DNA from: Candidatus Bathyarchaeia archaeon
GTDB taxonomy: Archaea; Thermoproteota; Bathyarchaeia; Bathyarchaeales; Bathycorpusculaceae
Direction of reading: 5' to 3'
NCBI GenBank assembly: GCA_037481775.1
Contig: JBBFKZ010000020.1
Coordinates: 1 to 28,877, forward strand
DNA length: 28,877 bases
How positions within the stretch are numbered: the stretch's first letter is position 1; each line of letters starts with the position of its first letter. The notes under the pieces were generated by a model. It was not told where the DNA came from. It did not search any database and saw only the letters and a program-made list of their open reading frames with translations. This document shows positions 27,847-28,877 of this stretch, one piece after another. The translations under genes were made by a program, and so were the position numbers.

Positions 27847-28419
27847 TTACAGTTTAAAGGAAAGAACCACCATGCCCTTCAAGCATTCCACTGATTGAAG
27901 CACGCAGCCCAAACCCTTCAAGATTCCCTCTAAAAACTTGCATAGAAGTTCTGTAGAAGCCATGGACAGAGCCGTGGAGACACACCGTAAACGCACCGTG
28001 CAGCCGTCCCTTATGGTGTCAACCTCATTCAAATCCCAGCGAGTAGCCTCGAGAAAACACCGTAAAGCCTCAACAGGATTGTTGAAGCGCTCCTTCAAAT
28101 AGCGGCCATGAAGCACGCCGCTCTCAAACCACTTTTTAAGAAGCACATCACGTTCAGTATTGTAAGCGTTTTCCATCATATAATCTAACGCTTCCTGAGG
28201 CACAAATGCGCCGCCCAAAACCTTCTGAACCTGCAAAACCTCCAATTCTTTGGCAGCTTTTTCAGGAGATAAACCCACACGGCTTGCTTTAACTGCTAAC
28301 TGAACAGCCTCTTCAACAAACTTGCCAATAGTCTCGCCTCTACCACGCGAAACGTCTAAAACAGCATCTATTAAATCCTCAGGAACATAAACCAGTCGTT
28401 TACCTTTACCTTCAGGCAT
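27847..28419 (-). CDS. Putative transcription regulator: N-terminal ribbon-helix-helix plus V4R-like C-terminal domain
   Basis: KRLVYVPEDLIDAVLDVSRGRGETIGKFVEEAV fits the RHH pattern; the C-terminal WFESG...G...PVEAL...W...FLEGIL.GLG segment resembles V4R-like sensor folds. Confidence 0.6.
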   Translation of the reverse strand: MPEGKGKRLVYVPEDLIDAVLDVSRGRGETIGKFVEEAVQLAVKASRVGLSPEKAAKELEVLQVQKVLGGAFVPQEALDYMMENAYNTERDVLLKKWFESGVLHGRYLKERFNNPVEALRCFLEATRWDLNEVDTIRDGCTVRLRCVSTALSMASTELLCKFLEGILKGLGCVLQSVECLKGMVVLSFKL

Positions 28420-28877
28420 TATTTGTCTTCCTCACAGCCTCTAAACGGATATTGCCCTTAAACACTTCCCTATCTGCAACTTCATAGCCAAACCCAGATA
28501 AAAGCCCCTCAAATAAGGAAGCCAACAGAAAAGTGTAAGCTTCACTAAAGCGCGGGCTAAAAACACTTACAGAAGCCTTATCGCCGCCGCCTTCAAGCGA
28601 GAAACGCGAGGCATTCCACATGAAAGTGCCTAAATCTCGCCGCAAAGCATCAAGCGGATCCTTCACGCCGCTGGTAACGTAACGCTTGGCAAGCCAAACC
28701 CCGGCTTCAAACCAGCTTTTAAGGGCTTTACCCTTTGCCTTCTCATACACAAGGTCACTCATGTCATAGCAGAGACTCTCCAAGGCCAAAACAAAACCAG
28801 CACGCTTCGCGGTTTCCAGCACGCCGCGCTCATCCAAAACACGCCGCAAATCCAAACCCAACGCGTCAGCCTTCAAC
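28412..28877 (-). CDS. Paralog of the downstream putative regulator, 5'-truncated by window edge
   Basis: Shares WFEAG/WFESG, PLDALR/PVEALR, LFEGLLSGFG/FLEGILKGLG and FKG/LKG with 27847-28419. It aligns only from about residue 44 of the paralog, so the true start lies outside the window. 8-bp overlap with the downstream gene. Confidence 0.7.
   Translation of the reverse strand, partial: LKADALGLDLRRVLDERGVLETAKRAGFVLALESLCYDMSDLVYEKAKGKALKSWFEAGVWLAKRYVTSGVKDPLDALRRDLGTFMWNASRFSLEGGGDKASVSVFSPRFSEAYTFLLASLFEGLLSGFGYEVADREVFKGNIRLEAVRKTNNA

Overview
Archaeal genomic window; the gene content, the many C-terminally anchored surface proteins and the archaeal 23S rRNA resemble Bathyarchaeia/TACK, but that assignment is an inference. 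From left to right: (i) a partial GH3-family adenylate-forming enzyme lies head-to-head with a compact, complete AMP/pentose-bisphosphate pathway (ribose-1,5-bisphosphate isomerase, form III RuBisCO, AMP phosphorylase), which is interrupted by a membrane-anchored beta-propeller gene. (ii) Kelch, AIM24 and MarC genes follow. (iii) A stand-alone minus-strand 23S rRNA gene has no adjacent 16S or 5S and carries a canonical bulge-helix-bulge processing stem. (iv) DUF72, yhbY and rnp4 (Rpp21). (v) A glycosylation trio: flippase-like protein, GT2, and an SDR epimerase with an unusual Cys/His catalytic pair. (vi) Two NosD-like beta-helix surface proteins, a VapBC-type toxin-antitoxin pair and a triple-lesion pseudogene. 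(vii) A large SlaB-like Ig-repeat/coiled-coil cell-envelope gene, preceded by a 16-bp perfect palindrome and two paralogous RHH/V4R-like putative regulators. I found no CRISPR array, tRNA, transposase or rRNA intron. All calls come from motif reading by eye; no database searches were run.
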